Shown piece after piece: positions 21,389 through 31,298 of a DNA stretch of 64,000 bases. This stretch comes from an uncultured Holophaga sp. GTDB lineage: Bacteria > Acidobacteriota > Holophagae > Holophagales > Holophagaceae. The notes beneath the pieces are model-generated. The model had not been told where the DNA came from. It saw nothing but the letters and a program-made list of their open reading frames with translations, and searched no databases. The position numbers were made by a program, and so were the translations under genes. Positions within the stretch are counted from its first letter, which is position 1; each line of letters starts with the position of its first letter. The DNA lies in the NCBI GenBank assembly GCA_963664825.1, contig OY761614.1, positions 672,001 through 736,000 of the forward strand. Direction: 5' to 3'.

Positions 21389-21417
21389 AGTCTAGAAGTT
21401 AGAAGGGTTCTTGGCAA
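21389..21417 (-). promoter_or_regulatory. Putative sigma70 promoter of nifJ with palindrome in spacer
   Basis: Minus-strand TTGCCA-17 nt-TAGACT. The spacer carries TTAGAA-GGG-TTCT. Confidence 0.55.
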
Positions 21418-21583
21418 GGGCGGGCCATGTTTCAGGGGGAAGCTGTGCTAATTGCTACAGCTCGGAAATCCCGGTTTTCCGGGACCAGGCCTGGGAATAC
21501 CCCCACCCAAAGAGGAGTATTCTCTTCCCCGCGCCCCGCGCATCATATTCCCTGCGACACTGTCGCGACCCAAAGGAGATTCC

Positions 21584-22162
21584 ATGGATCTCAAGAGCTC
21601 CCGAACAGCCCAGAACTTGCTCAAGGCCTTCGCAGGCGAGAGCCAAGCTCGCAACCGCTACACCTTCGCCGCCGGCATTGCCCGCAAGGAGGGCCTGGAG
21701 CACGTGGCCGCCATCTTCGAGGAGACCGCCCTCAACGAAAAGGAACACGCCAAGCTCTTCTACAAACACTTGGCGAGCCTCGCTCCCGGAGCCCTGGAGA
21801 TCACAGCCGGATACCCCATCGTGGCCGGGGATACCGCCGCCCAGCTCCGGGCCGCCGTCAGCGGCGAGAACGAAGAATGGACCGCCCTCTATCCGGAATT
21901 CGCCCGAATCGCCCGTGAGGAGGGCTTCCTGGAGGCGGCCAAGGCCTTCGAATGGATCTCCAAGGTCGAAAAGGAGCACGAGGCCCGCTTCCAGCGCCTC
22001 CTGGATCACGTGGTCAATGGCACCGTCTTCCAGCGGGGCGAGAAGATCTACTGGCGCTGCCGGAACTGCGGCCACATCCACGAGGGCACCACGGCCCCCA
22101 AGGCCTGCCCCGTCTGCCTGCATCCCCAGGCCTACTTCGAACCCGTGGCGGAGAACTTTTAA
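21584..22162 (+). CDS. rbr: Rubrerythrin
   Basis: AFAGESQARNRY, NEKEHA and EKEHE di-iron motifs, C-terminal rubredoxin WRCRNCG...CPVC. AAGGAG RBS. Confidence 0.96.
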   Translation: MDLKSSRTAQNLLKAFAGESQARNRYTFAAGIARKEGLEHVAAIFEETALNEKEHAKLFYKHLASLAPGALEITAGYPIVAGDTAAQLRAAVSGENEEWTALYPEFARIAREEGFLEAAKAFEWISKVEKEHEARFQRLLDHVVNGTVFQRGEKIYWRCRNCGHIHEGTTAPKACPVCLHPQAYFEPVAENF

Positions 22163-22209
22163 CCGAAGCGGGTCCTGCGGTCCGGAGACCCCCTTGATAC
22201 ACCCGTCAC

Positions 22210-22239
22210 AAAGATGGGCGACATCAGTCGCCCATCTTT
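22210..22239 (+). terminator. Strong hairpin after rubrerythrin (probable terminator)
   Basis: AAAGATGGGCGAC-ATCA-GTCGCCCATCTTT, a perfect 13-bp stem. Confidence 0.6.
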
Positions 22240-22310
22240 CGTGAAGGGGTCTGCCATGCAATCATGTCCTGCAAGGCTCCGCGTGCAGCGGACCCAGTTT
22301 CGAGGTTCCG

Positions 22311-23771
22311 ATGCTGACCTTGCCCCTCATGCAAGCCCTGACCTTCGACGATGTGCTGCTGGTCCCCGGCCCCTCCGAGGTCCACCCCAATCAAGTGGAT
22401 CTGGCCACCCAGCTGACCCGGGAGATCCATCTCCGGATTCCCCTGATCTCCTCGGCCATGGATACCGTCACCGAAGGCCGCCTGGCCATCGCCCTGGCCC
22501 AGCAGGGGGGCCTCGGCATCATCCACAAGAACCTCTCCATCGCGCGCCAGGCCGAGGAAGTCGATCGGGTCAAGCGTTCGGAATCCGGCATGATCACCGA
22601 TCCCATCACCATCCGCCCCGACGCCCCCATCCGGGAGGCCGAGGAGATGATGGCCAAGTTCAAGATCTCCGGCGTCCCCGTGGTGGAAAAGGGAAAGCTG
22701 GTGGGCATCCTCACCAACCGGGATCTCCGCTTCGAGACCAACCTCGATCTCCTGGTCCGGGATCGCATGACCCAGCAGCCGCTGGTGACGGTCTCCGTGG
22801 GCACCACGCTGGAGCAGGCCAAGGTCAAGCTTCAGCAGCACCGCATCGAGAAGCTGCTGGTGGTCGATGACGAAGGCGCCTTGAAGGGCCTCATCACCGT
22901 CAAGGACATCGAGAAGTCCATCAACTACCCCAACGCCTGCAAGGACGCCATGGGCCGCCTGCGGGTCGGCGCCGCCATCGGCGTGGGACACGATCTCCTG
23001 GAGCGCGCCGGAGCTCTCGTGAAGGCCAAGGTCGATGTGCTCTGTCTCGATTCCAGCCACGGGCACGCCAAGGGCGTGCTCGAAGCCGTGCGGCAGATCA
23101 AGCAGGCCTTCCCGGGCACTCAGCTGATCGCGGGCAACGTGGCCACGTACCAGGGCGCCAAGGATCTGATCCTGGCGGGAGCCGACGCCATCAAGGTGGG
23201 CATCGGCCCGGGTTCCATCTGCACCACCCGCATCGTCACCGGCGCCGGCATGCCCCAGGTGACCGCCGTGGCCGAAGCCTCCCGGGCCTGCCGCGAAGGG
23301 GGCGTCCCCTGCATCGCCGACGGCGGCATCAAGTTCAGCGGCGACGTCGCCAAGGCCGTGGCCGCGGGCGCCGACTGCGTGATGATCGGCAGCCTCTTCG
23401 CGGGCACCGAGGAGGCCCCCGGCGAGACCATCTTCTACCAGGGGCGCACCTTCAAGTCCTACCGGGGCATGGGCTCCATCGGCGCCATGAAGCAGGGATC
23501 CAAGGACCGCTACTTCCAGGAGGGCCGAGAGGACGCCAAGCTCGTGCCCGAGGGCATCGAAGGCCAGGTGCCCTACAAGGGCCGGGTCGCCGATCTCGTC
23601 ACCCAGCTCCTGGGCGGGCTGCGGGCGGGCATGGGGCTGGTGGGCGGCAAGAATATCGCCGACTTCCACGCCAAGGCCACCTTCGTGCAGATCACGGGTT
23701 CGGGCCTGCGGGAGAGCCACGCCCACGACGTGATGATCACCAAGGAAGCCCCGAACTACCGCATGGACTAA
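22311..23771 (+). CDS. guaB: IMP dehydrogenase
   Basis: [14 protein letters not shown] pair, [25 protein letters not shown]. Confidence 0.98.
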   Translation: MLTLPLMQALTFDDVLLVPGPSEVHPNQVDLATQLTREIHLRIPLISSAMDTVTEGRLAIALAQQGGLGIIHKNLSIARQAEEVDRVKRSESGMITDPITIRPDAPIREAEEMMAKFKISGVPVVEKGKLVGILTNRDLRFETNLDLLVRDRMTQQPLVTVSVGTTLEQAKVKLQQHRIEKLLVVDDEGALKGLITVKDIEKSINYPNACKDAMGRLRVGAAIGVGHDLLERAGALVKAKVDVLCLDSSHGHAKGVLEAVRQIKQAFPGTQLIAGNVATYQGAKDLILAGADAIKVGIGPGSICTTRIVTGAGMPQVTAVAEASRACREGGVPCIADGGIKFSGDVAKAVAAGADCVMIGSLFAGTEEAPGETIFYQGRTFKSYRGMGSIGAMKQGSKDRYFQEGREDAKLVPEGIEGQVPYKGRVADLVTQLLGGLRAGMGLVGGKNIADFHAKATFVQITGSGLRESHAHDVMITKEAPNYRMD

Positions 23772-23890
23772 CGCGGAGGCGAAGTTCCCTAGGGCCACAA
23801 GGAGTTCCCACCGCCAAGAATGGACAGGGATCAGCAAGCTGCTGAGCCCGCCGTTTCGGCCTCTCTCCCTTTGCGCTTCGCGGTGAAAAG
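23770..23890. repeat. REP-like element between convergent genes
   Basis: CTTCGCGGTGAAAAG (23876-23890) is the exact reverse complement of 16343-16357. Confidence 0.55.
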
Positions 23891-23898
23891 AGCCCTTT

Positions 23899-25803
23899 TC
23901 AGATCCGGAACTTCACGGCCTGATCGCCCCTCACATCCACCGAGTGGGAGCCGCCGCGGCCCTGGATGCTCACGGTATGGGGTCCCTTGACCACACGGAT
24001 GGCCGTGCCGCCATCGCTATCGATGGACGTGAACAGGCCATCGATGATCACGGTCCCGGAGCCGGGGAAGGTCTCCACCGTGATACTGGCCAGGCCCGGC
24101 AGGCTGATGGAACAAGGCTGGCCAGGCTGGATCGTGAGGGTACGAGTCTCCTTGAAGAAGACCTTCGGATTGGAGAGTTCGACCCTGTGTGTCCCGGGGG
24201 GGAGACTCAATTTCCCACTTCCACCCGTCTCACCCAGCTCCCGGCCATCGAGGCGCACGTGCACACTGAATTCGCCGGCCACCTTGAGGAAGCCCGGACT
24301 ATTGGCGTCCACGGTCTTGGCCTCGCCGGTAGTGGCGGCCTCGGCGGGGGAGACCAGGGTATACACCTGGTTTCCGGGGGCCTCGCCCTCCAGGAACTGG
24401 GTGAGCAGCGTCTTCGCCTCCCGGGCATGGGTGAAGGTGATGTCATGGCGCTTGGATTGATCCCAGGCCTTCACATGAAGGGGCGTTGCACCTTCCAGGA
24501 CCCGGCCGTCCATCACGACGGCGGCGCCTTCGGGCAACGTGCGCAGCACTTCCTCGGTGATCCGGGGCTTCAGAGCCAACTTGGGGGCCGTGTCACCCCC
24601 CTGGAAGGTGTAATCGAAGGGTTCGAAGCCCTCCCGGCGCAGCGTCACCTTCTCACCGGCCTTCATGGGATGGGGGACGCCCGTGGGGCCCACTTCCTGC
24701 CCACCCTGGAAGATCTTCGCGGCGGGTTCCACCCGCAGCGTCACGGTGGCGCCCCCCTTCAGGAAGAGCAGATAGCCCCCGGCCCCCAGCGCCACCAGGA
24801 CCAGGGCACCCAGGGCCAAGCGCGGCCCCAGGGCCTTGCGGGGCTTGGGGGGGGGCAGGTACAGGGTCTCCTCGTGGGCCCGGGTGAGGATCGGGGGGGC
24901 CGCCGGACCGCTGAGTTTCAACAGGCCCATGATCTCCATCCGCAGATCCTTGGGCAGTTCGGTGGCGGCCTCCAGCAGGTCCCGGACGAAGGCCGCGCAG
25001 TTCGAATAGCGTTCGTCGGCATTCTTGGCCAGCACCCGAGCGAAGATCCGCTGCCAGCCTTCCGCCAGGAGCCCCAGCACCGGCGGCTTCACCTCCAGGG
25101 GCGGCTCGTTGACGATGCGGTAGAGGATGGTATTGATGGAGGTGCCCGGGAAGGGGAGGGTGCCGGAGAGCATTTCGAAGACCATCACGCCGAAACTGAA
25201 GACATCGGAGCGGATGGTGGCGTGGCCCTCCTTGATCTGCTCGGGGCTCGCATAGCTCGGCGTGCCCAGGAAGGTCCCCGTCTGAGTGAGGCTGGCATCC
25301 TCGCGCTTGGCGATGCCGAAGTCCATGAGCTTGGGCCGCCCTTCCTCGGTGATCATCACATTGCCGGGCTTCACATCCCGGTGGATGATGCCGTGGCTGT
25401 GGGCATGATCCAGGGCCGCGGCGACTCCGGCGGCCATGCGCAGCTTGGTCCCCAGATCCATGGCGAGCAGCTCGCCGGACTTGATGTAGGCGTCCAGAGG
25501 CTTCCCTGCGACGAATTCCATGGCCAGGAAGGGGCCCACCTCGCTATCGCCCACATCATAGATGGTGACGATACCGGGGTCGTTGAGGACACCCGAGACC
25601 TCGGCCTCCCGCTGAAAGCGGAGCAGGAAATCACTGCGATCGCTTTCGCTGCGAAGGGCATCCAGCTTCACGACCTTGATGGCGAGCTTGCGCTTGATCC
25701 GGGGATCCTCAGCCAGGTAGACACTGCCCATGGCCCCAGCCCCCAGGAGGCGCTTGATCTCATAGCGCCCGATCATCCTGGGAAGGTTGTCCGCGTCGTT
25801 CAT
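23899..25803 (-). CDS. Membrane Ser/Thr protein kinase with PEGA-like extracellular domains
   Basis: GAGAMG, LAIK, HRDVKPGN, DFG and SPEQ kinase motifs, a TM helix, and PEGA-like beta repeats. Confidence 0.92.
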   Translation of the reverse strand: MNDADNLPRMIGRYEIKRLLGAGAMGSVYLAEDPRIKRKLAIKVVKLDALRSESDRSDFLLRFQREAEVSGVLNDPGIVTIYDVGDSEVGPFLAMEFVAGKPLDAYIKSGELLAMDLGTKLRMAAGVAAALDHAHSHGIIHRDVKPGNVMITEEGRPKLMDFGIAKREDASLTQTGTFLGTPSYASPEQIKEGHATIRSDVFSFGVMVFEMLSGTLPFPGTSINTILYRIVNEPPLEVKPPVLGLLAEGWQRIFARVLAKNADERYSNCAAFVRDLLEAATELPKDLRMEIMGLLKLSGPAAPPILTRAHEETLYLPPPKPRKALGPRLALGALVLVALGAGGYLLFLKGGATVTLRVEPAAKIFQGGQEVGPTGVPHPMKAGEKVTLRREGFEPFDYTFQGGDTAPKLALKPRITEEVLRTLPEGAAVVMDGRVLEGATPLHVKAWDQSKRHDITFTHAREAKTLLTQFLEGEAPGNQVYTLVSPAEAATTGEAKTVDANSPGFLKVAGEFSVHVRLDGRELGETGGSGKLSLPPGTHRVELSNPKVFFKETRTLTIQPGQPCSISLPGLASITVETFPGSGTVIIDGLFTSIDSDGGTAIRVVKGPHTVSIQGRGGSHSVDVRGDQAVKFRI

Positions 25804-25949
25804 GCCGGCTCGCTTTAAAACTTTCGAAATCCTATCCCGGAAAGGCCTGGGAATCGGTAAAAAATCACAGGGGTTTTTCCAAATAGTGGTGTCAGAATAA
25901 TCCGTCGTCTGCCAGTGTGCAGACTCGATACCGGGGGCTCATTTTCGCC

Positions 25950-27473
25950 ATGGCCATCTTCAAGACATCCATTCTCGTCCTCTACTGGGGCATCCTGACC
26001 GTGCTGAGCATCTACGGTGCGCACCGGCTCTACATGCTCATGCTCTACTTCCGGCACAAGAAGGATGTCCCCCAGCCCAAGGGTGGCCCCGACTATCGCC
26101 CCCATGTGACGGTGCAGCTGGCGGTCTTCAACGAGATGAACGTCGTCGAGCGCCTCATGGACTACGTCGTCAAGATGCGCTGGCCCAAGGAGAAGCTGGA
26201 GATCCAGCTCCTGGACGATTCCACGGATAACACCGTCCAGGTGGCCCAGGCCGTCTGCGACAAGTATCGGGCCCTGGGCTTCGACATCGCCTACATCCAC
26301 CGCGATGACCGCACGGGCTACAAGGCCGGCGCCCTCAACAACGGCCTCAAGAGCGCCAAGGGCGAATTCGTGGCCATGTTCGACGCCGACTTCCTGCCCA
26401 CCGAGGATTTCCTCGAACTGGCCGTGCCCCACTTCGCCGATGACAAGGTCGCCTTCATCCAGGGCTGCTGGGATCACCTCAACCGCGATTTTAATATCCT
26501 CACCCAGGTGCAGGCCATCCTGCTGGACGGCCACTTCGTCTTCGAGCACACGGCCCGCAACCGCTCCAATGCCTTCTTCAACTTCAGCGGCACCGCCGGC
26601 ATGTGGCGCGTTGCGGCCATCGCCGATGCGGGCGGTTGGCAGCATGACACCATCACCGAGGATGCCGATCTCAGCTATCGCGCTCAGCTCAAGGGTTGGC
26701 GGGGCGTCTATCTCAAGGATCTGGTTGTCCCAGCCGAGCTGCCCGTGGAGGTCAACGCCTTCAAGAGCCAGCAGCACCGCTGGGCCAAGGGCAACGCCCA
26801 GGTCATCCGCAAGCTCATGAAGACCATCTGGACCAGCGACGCCAGCCTGCATACCAAGCTGGAGTGCTGGTTCCACCTCTCCGCCAACTGCAACTACATC
26901 CTCATGGTGATCCTCGCGATCATCATGGTGCCCTGCATGATCCTCCGGGCGGGAACCCCCTGGTATGTCCTGATCGCGACCGACGGCCCCTTCTTCCTCC
27001 TCAACGCCGTGAGCGTGGGCGTCTACTTCGGCCTCTCCCAGCGGGAAGTGAAGAACAACAAGGACTGGATCAAGCGCCTGAAATATCTCCCTGGGCTCAT
27101 GAGCCTCGGGATCGGGCTCGGCCTGAACCAAACCAAGGCCGTCTTCGAGGGCTTCTTCACCAACGATATCGAGTTCAAGCGCACTCCCAAACTGGGCGTG
27201 GATGAGAACGGCCACGCCACCACCAGCAGGAAGGCCTACAAGGTGCCCAAGAACCTCATCACCTTCCTGGATCTGGGCTTCGCGGTCTACTATTTCGCGG
27301 CCCTGCTGGGCGCCATCTGGATCCGCAAGTGGGCTTCCGTGCCCTTCCTCTGGCTCTTCTTCAGCGGCTTCTCCTACATCAGCCTGATGTCCCTGGCCGA
27401 TGTTCAGATCTTCCACCGCTTGGCCATGGACGAGCTGGAAGACCCGGAAACCGAACACGACTTCGCCCAGTAA
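25950..27473 (+). CDS. GT2 processive glycosyltransferase (cellulose synthase-like, CslA type)
   Basis: DDSTD, GYKAGAL, FDADF, TEDAD and QQHRW motifs, with C-terminal TMs. Confidence 0.92.
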   Translation: MAIFKTSILVLYWGILTVLSIYGAHRLYMLMLYFRHKKDVPQPKGGPDYRPHVTVQLAVFNEMNVVERLMDYVVKMRWPKEKLEIQLLDDSTDNTVQVAQAVCDKYRALGFDIAYIHRDDRTGYKAGALNNGLKSAKGEFVAMFDADFLPTEDFLELAVPHFADDKVAFIQGCWDHLNRDFNILTQVQAILLDGHFVFEHTARNRSNAFFNFSGTAGMWRVAAIADAGGWQHDTITEDADLSYRAQLKGWRGVYLKDLVVPAELPVEVNAFKSQQHRWAKGNAQVIRKLMKTIWTSDASLHTKLECWFHLSANCNYILMVILAIIMVPCMILRAGTPWYVLIATDGPFFLLNAVSVGVYFGLSQREVKNNKDWIKRLKYLPGLMSLGIGLGLNQTKAVFEGFFTNDIEFKRTPKLGVDENGHATTSRKAYKVPKNLITFLDLGFAVYYFAALLGAIWIRKWASVPFLWLFFSGFSYISLMSLADVQIFHRLAMDELEDPETEHDFAQ

Positions 27474-27481
27474 CCAAGGAC

Positions 27482-27506
27482 GCGGGGGGCTTCGGCCCCC
27501 CGCCTT
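27482..27506 (+). terminator. GC hairpin after GT2
   Basis: GCGGGGGGC-TTCG-GCCCCCCGC followed by a weak U tract. Confidence 0.55.
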
Positions 27507-27510
27507 GTAT

Positions 27511-27795
27511 ATGCCCCGTTCCCGCCGCCCCAGTGCCGTAGCCCTCCGCTACCAGCCCGAAGCCCCCTTCCTGGACGCGGCCCCTCGGCTCGTGGCCAAG
27601 GGCCAAGGCTGCCTGGCCGATCGCATCCTCGAACTGGCCCAGAAGCATGGGGTCCCCATCCAGCGCGACCCCGATTTGCTTGCCACACTGGAACCCCTGG
27701 ACGTCAATCGCCTCATCCCACCGGATCTCTTCCAGGCCGTGGCCGTGGTGCTGGCGGCGCTATACCGGGCGAACGGGAAGGCCACCAAATGTTAG
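27511..27795 (+). CDS. Stand-alone FlhB/YscU C-terminal domain protein
   Basis: AVALRY...APRLVAKGQG..ADRILELA..HGVPI...IPPDLFQAVAVVLA. Confidence 0.85.
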   Translation: MPRSRRPSAVALRYQPEAPFLDAAPRLVAKGQGCLADRILELAQKHGVPIQRDPDLLATLEPLDVNRLIPPDLFQAVAVVLAALYRANGKATKC

Positions 27796-28637
27796 ACCTC
27801 CACTGCCACTCCCTCTTCAGCGATGGGGTCGACGCCCCGGAGACACTGGCCATCAAGGCTGACGAGATGGGCCTCACGGCCCTGGCCCTCACCGACCACG
27901 ACACGATCGGAGGGCTGCCCCGCTTCCTCGCCGCTCAGCCCAGGGTGAAGACGCGGCTCCTCACCGGCGTGGAGCTGAGCTGTCGATTCCTGGGGCGGGA
28001 GATGCACCTCCTAGGGCTCCTCTTCGACTCGGAAGACGCGCTCTTCCGCGCCCGCATTCAGGAGCTCCGGGAACGCCGCCATACGCGGAACCATTCGCTC
28101 CTCGCCCGCCTCCAGGCCCTGGGCATCCCCATCACCCTACAGGCCCTCAAGGCCTGCGCGCCCACGGATCTGATCTCCCGCACCCATTTCGCCAAGCTGC
28201 TGGCCGCCATGGGCGTGGTCCCCACCCCTCAGGAGGCCCACCGGAGGCTCCTGGGCGAGGGCGGCTCGGCCTTCGTGCCCTTCCAGGAACTGAGCCCCCG
28301 GGAGGCCACCCAGTGGATCCACGAGGCCGGCGGCGTGGCCATCGCGGCCCACCCCGGCCGCTTCAACGGGGGGCGATTCGTCTGGGACGAAGCGATGCTG
28401 GAACTTCGCACCATGGGCCTCGATGGCTTCGAGGCCTACTACAGCGAGTACGGCCCCGAAGAGCAGCGCCGCTTTCTCGCACTGGCCGAGAGGCTCGGCA
28501 TGGCCCCCAGCGGGGGCAGCGACTACCACGGGGCCATGAAGCCTGGCCTGGAACTGGGCCGGGGCCGCGGGAACCTGAAGATTCCCGATTCTGTCCTGAC
28601 CGTCCTTGAAAATTGTCGATCCGGGCGCACGCGATGA
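27789..28637 (+). CDS. PHP-domain metallophosphoesterase (TrpH/YciV-like)
   Basis: DLHCHS, TDHD, AHPGR, GGSDYHG. Confidence 0.9.
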   Translation: MLDLHCHSLFSDGVDAPETLAIKADEMGLTALALTDHDTIGGLPRFLAAQPRVKTRLLTGVELSCRFLGREMHLLGLLFDSEDALFRARIQELRERRHTRNHSLLARLQALGIPITLQALKACAPTDLISRTHFAKLLAAMGVVPTPQEAHRRLLGEGGSAFVPFQELSPREATQWIHEAGGVAIAAHPGRFNGGRFVWDEAMLELRTMGLDGFEAYYSEYGPEEQRRFLALAERLGMAPSGGSDYHGAMKPGLELGRGRGNLKIPDSVLTVLENCRSGRTR

Positions 28638-28673
28638 GGTGGGTATGATGGGGACTGCTCCAAGGGAAGTCCC

Positions 28674-29075
28674 ATGACCCAAAAGATCCTCCTCGTCGAG
28701 GACGATGCGATAAACGTGAAATTCATGAAGATCGTCCTCACCCGCAAGGGCGGCTACGAGGTGCTCGTCAGCGAGGATGTGGACGAGATTCTCGCATTCG
28801 CCCGTTCGGGGGAAGTGGATGCCATCGTCATGGATATCAGCCTCACCCGTTCCACTTTTGAGGGCCACAAGGTGGATGGTGTTTTCATCACCAAGCTCCT
28901 TAAGCAAAACCCTGAGACCGCCAAGGTCCCCGTCATCCTCGCCACGGCCCATACGATGTTTGGCGACCGGGAACGCTTCCTGGCCGAGACCGGCGCGGAG
29001 CACTACATCGCCAAGCCCATCCACGATCCCGATCATTTTCTCGCCGAGGTCCGCAAGGTCCTCCCCGCATCATGA
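28674..29075 (+). CDS. Single-domain response regulator (DivK/CheY-like)
   Basis: ILLVEDD, MDISL, DG, ATAH, YIAKP. Confidence 0.9.
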   Translation: MTQKILLVEDDAINVKFMKIVLTRKGGYEVLVSEDVDEILAFARSGEVDAIVMDISLTRSTFEGHKVDGVFITKLLKQNPETAKVPVILATAHTMFGDRERFLAETGAEHYIAKPIHDPDHFLAEVRKVLPAS

Positions 29076-29968
29076 AGGGCCGCATCGGCAACCGCGAGAG
29101 CCGTCGCGGCACGAGCCGCCCCCCCAGTAGGACTGGCGCTCCATCCGGCGGTGACGGCCGGGTGGCCTATCGCCTGAGGGTCGAATACGACGGGTCCCGC
29201 TATCACGGATGGCAGAAGCAGGGTGAGCAGCAGACGGCCCAGGGCGTCCGCACCGTCACCGGCACCCTGGAGCGCGTGCTCGAACAGGCGGGCCACCGGG
29301 TCATCACCCTGGGGGGCTCCGGGCGCACGGATGCCGGGGTCCACGCCCTCGGCCAGATCGCCCATCTCCATTTACCCTCGGCCCAGGCCCCCCGACCCCA
29401 TGATCTCCAGCGGATCTTCGACGAGGGCCTGCCTTCGGACCTGGCGGTCGCGGCCATCGAGCCCTGCAGCACCTCTTTTCATGCCCGCCACGATGCCATC
29501 GAGCGGAGCTACCTCTACCAGCTGAGCCTCCGGCGCAGCGCCTTCGGCAAGTCCATGCTCTGGTGGGTCAAGGGGCGCCTTGAACTGGCCCGGTTGGAGG
29601 AGGCCTGGGGCCTCTTCACAGGCAACCATGACGCCACGGCCTTCGCAGATCTGGAGCCCGGCGAGGATCCCCATGTCCAGATCAAGGGCTGCGAACTGAA
29701 GATCGAAGGCTCCCTGGTGTTGCTGCGCCTGACGGCGGGTTTCTTCCTCCGGCGCCAGGCCCGCCGGATGGTCGGCGCGGCCGTGGCATGCGCCCAGGGC
29801 AAGGAAAGGCCCGCCCAAATCCTGAAGGACCTGGAGCACCCCACCCCCCAAGCCACCCTCCATTGGGCGGAGAAGGCGGCCCCCTCTTCCGGTCTGTTCC
29901 TGGAGCGGGTGCGCTATGCGGGAGACCCCGAGAACACTCCGCTGGCGCCCATCCTGAGAGTGCTCTAG
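29072..29968 (+). CDS. truA: tRNA pseudouridine(38-40) synthase
   Basis: YDGSRYHGWQKQ, SGRTDAGVHALGQ, FHAR, APSSGLFL. Confidence 0.92.
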   Translation: MKGRIGNRESRRGTSRPPSRTGAPSGGDGRVAYRLRVEYDGSRYHGWQKQGEQQTAQGVRTVTGTLERVLEQAGHRVITLGGSGRTDAGVHALGQIAHLHLPSAQAPRPHDLQRIFDEGLPSDLAVAAIEPCSTSFHARHDAIERSYLYQLSLRRSAFGKSMLWWVKGRLELARLEEAWGLFTGNHDATAFADLEPGEDPHVQIKGCELKIEGSLVLLRLTAGFFLRRQARRMVGAAVACAQGKERPAQILKDLEHPTPQATLHWAEKAAPSSGLFLERVRYAGDPENTPLAPILRVL

Positions 29969-29998
29969 TCCTGAAGTGTGGTCACAGAAGGACCCGAG

Positions 29999-31222
29999 CT
30001 AGAGCAGTTCCTTGGACCGCACGGTCAGATTGGCCAGCAGCAGCCCCATCAGCATGGCCACGGCGAGGAAGACCATCTGGAAGGCCGTATCCAGTCCGGT
30101 GAGGATCTGTTTGTTCATCACGTAGTCGAGGCTGCGGAAACCGACGCTGCCCGGCACCAGCAGCATGATCCCCGGCAGGAGCGTCACCCAGGGGGGACGT
30201 TCCCGCAGCTTGGCCAGGAGATGGCTCCCCGAACCCAGGACCCAGGCCCCCAACCCTGCCCCGAAGGGCCCGCCCAGGAAATGAGCGCCGAGGCGCGCCG
30301 CAAAGAAACCCACCACGCAGGCGATGACGATCCAGAACGCATCGTCGGGCATGGCCTGGAAGATCACCAGGAAGGCCATGGCCCACACCACCAGGGCCGG
30401 CAGCAGGATCCACAGGGGTGTGACCTCCAGGAGGGGTGCCACCACAGGCCCGGTGACGAGCTGCCCCAGGCGCTGACCCAGGGCCACGCCGAAGGCCAGC
30501 TGGAGGAAGATCATCCCCACCCCGGCCAGCCGGGCCGTGCCCGCCACCAGATTGCTGGTGGCCAGTTCGTTCATGGCCACCAGGAAACCCAGCCCCGGCA
30601 CCAGCACGATGAGCCCCGCCAGGGTGGGCACGGAGGCCGAGAGGGAGGGCACCCATCGCGCCGCCAGGAGCGAAAGGAAGGCCACGAAGCCCGCCGCCAC
30701 GAGATTGAAGAGGTACCCGAGGGTGCGGTTCTTCCGGGAGCGGGCCTCTAGCAGGCCCGTGAGGAGCCCCAGCACCAGGGCCAACAGAGCCTCGCGCCAG
30801 GCGCCCCCGAAAAACCACACGGCGCTGGCCGAGGCCGCACCGTAGGCCAGCACACGCGGGGTCTGTCCGTAGCGGGGTCTGGAGTTCACCAGGAGGCGCA
30901 GGGCTTCGGAGGCCTGGGAGGCATCCAGACGGCCTTCCAGAACAGAATCGGTGATCCACTGCAGCTTGGTGAGCTTCTCCAGTTCCATATCACCGTTGGG
31001 GGCGCGCTCCACCGTGGTGCGCTGGAACTGCTCGCCGGAGATGGTGGCCAGGAAGCCCGTCGGGAAGGCGAAGAACTGACCCTGCAGGCCGAAGCGACGA
31101 CAGATCCTGGAGAGGGTGGCCTCCAGGCGATGGGCGGGTGTCCCGAAGGCCTGGAGGCAACGCCCCAGCTCCAGGCAGAATTCCACCTCGGAGGGCACGG
31201 GGGATTGAGGCTGGGTCTCCAT
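29999..31222 (-). CDS. Threonine/serine exporter family (ThrE) protein
   Basis: GTPAHRLE N-terminal motif, about 10 TMs, LVPGL and PGIMLLVPG motifs. Start at ATG 31222. Confidence 0.85.
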   Translation of the reverse strand: METQPQSPVPSEVEFCLELGRCLQAFGTPAHRLEATLSRICRRFGLQGQFFAFPTGFLATISGEQFQRTTVERAPNGDMELEKLTKLQWITDSVLEGRLDASQASEALRLLVNSRPRYGQTPRVLAYGAASASAVWFFGGAWREALLALVLGLLTGLLEARSRKNRTLGYLFNLVAAGFVAFLSLLAARWVPSLSASVPTLAGLIVLVPGLGFLVAMNELATSNLVAGTARLAGVGMIFLQLAFGVALGQRLGQLVTGPVVAPLLEVTPLWILLPALVVWAMAFLVIFQAMPDDAFWIVIACVVGFFAARLGAHFLGGPFGAGLGAWVLGSGSHLLAKLRERPPWVTLLPGIMLLVPGSVGFRSLDYVMNKQILTGLDTAFQMVFLAVAMLMGLLLANLTVRSKELL

Positions 31223-31298
31223 GGGCGGATTGTAGCGCGGGCGCGGTGATCCTTGTCGCAGGGGAACGCGACTAGCCTTGAGGACTAAGGGAGGCACC

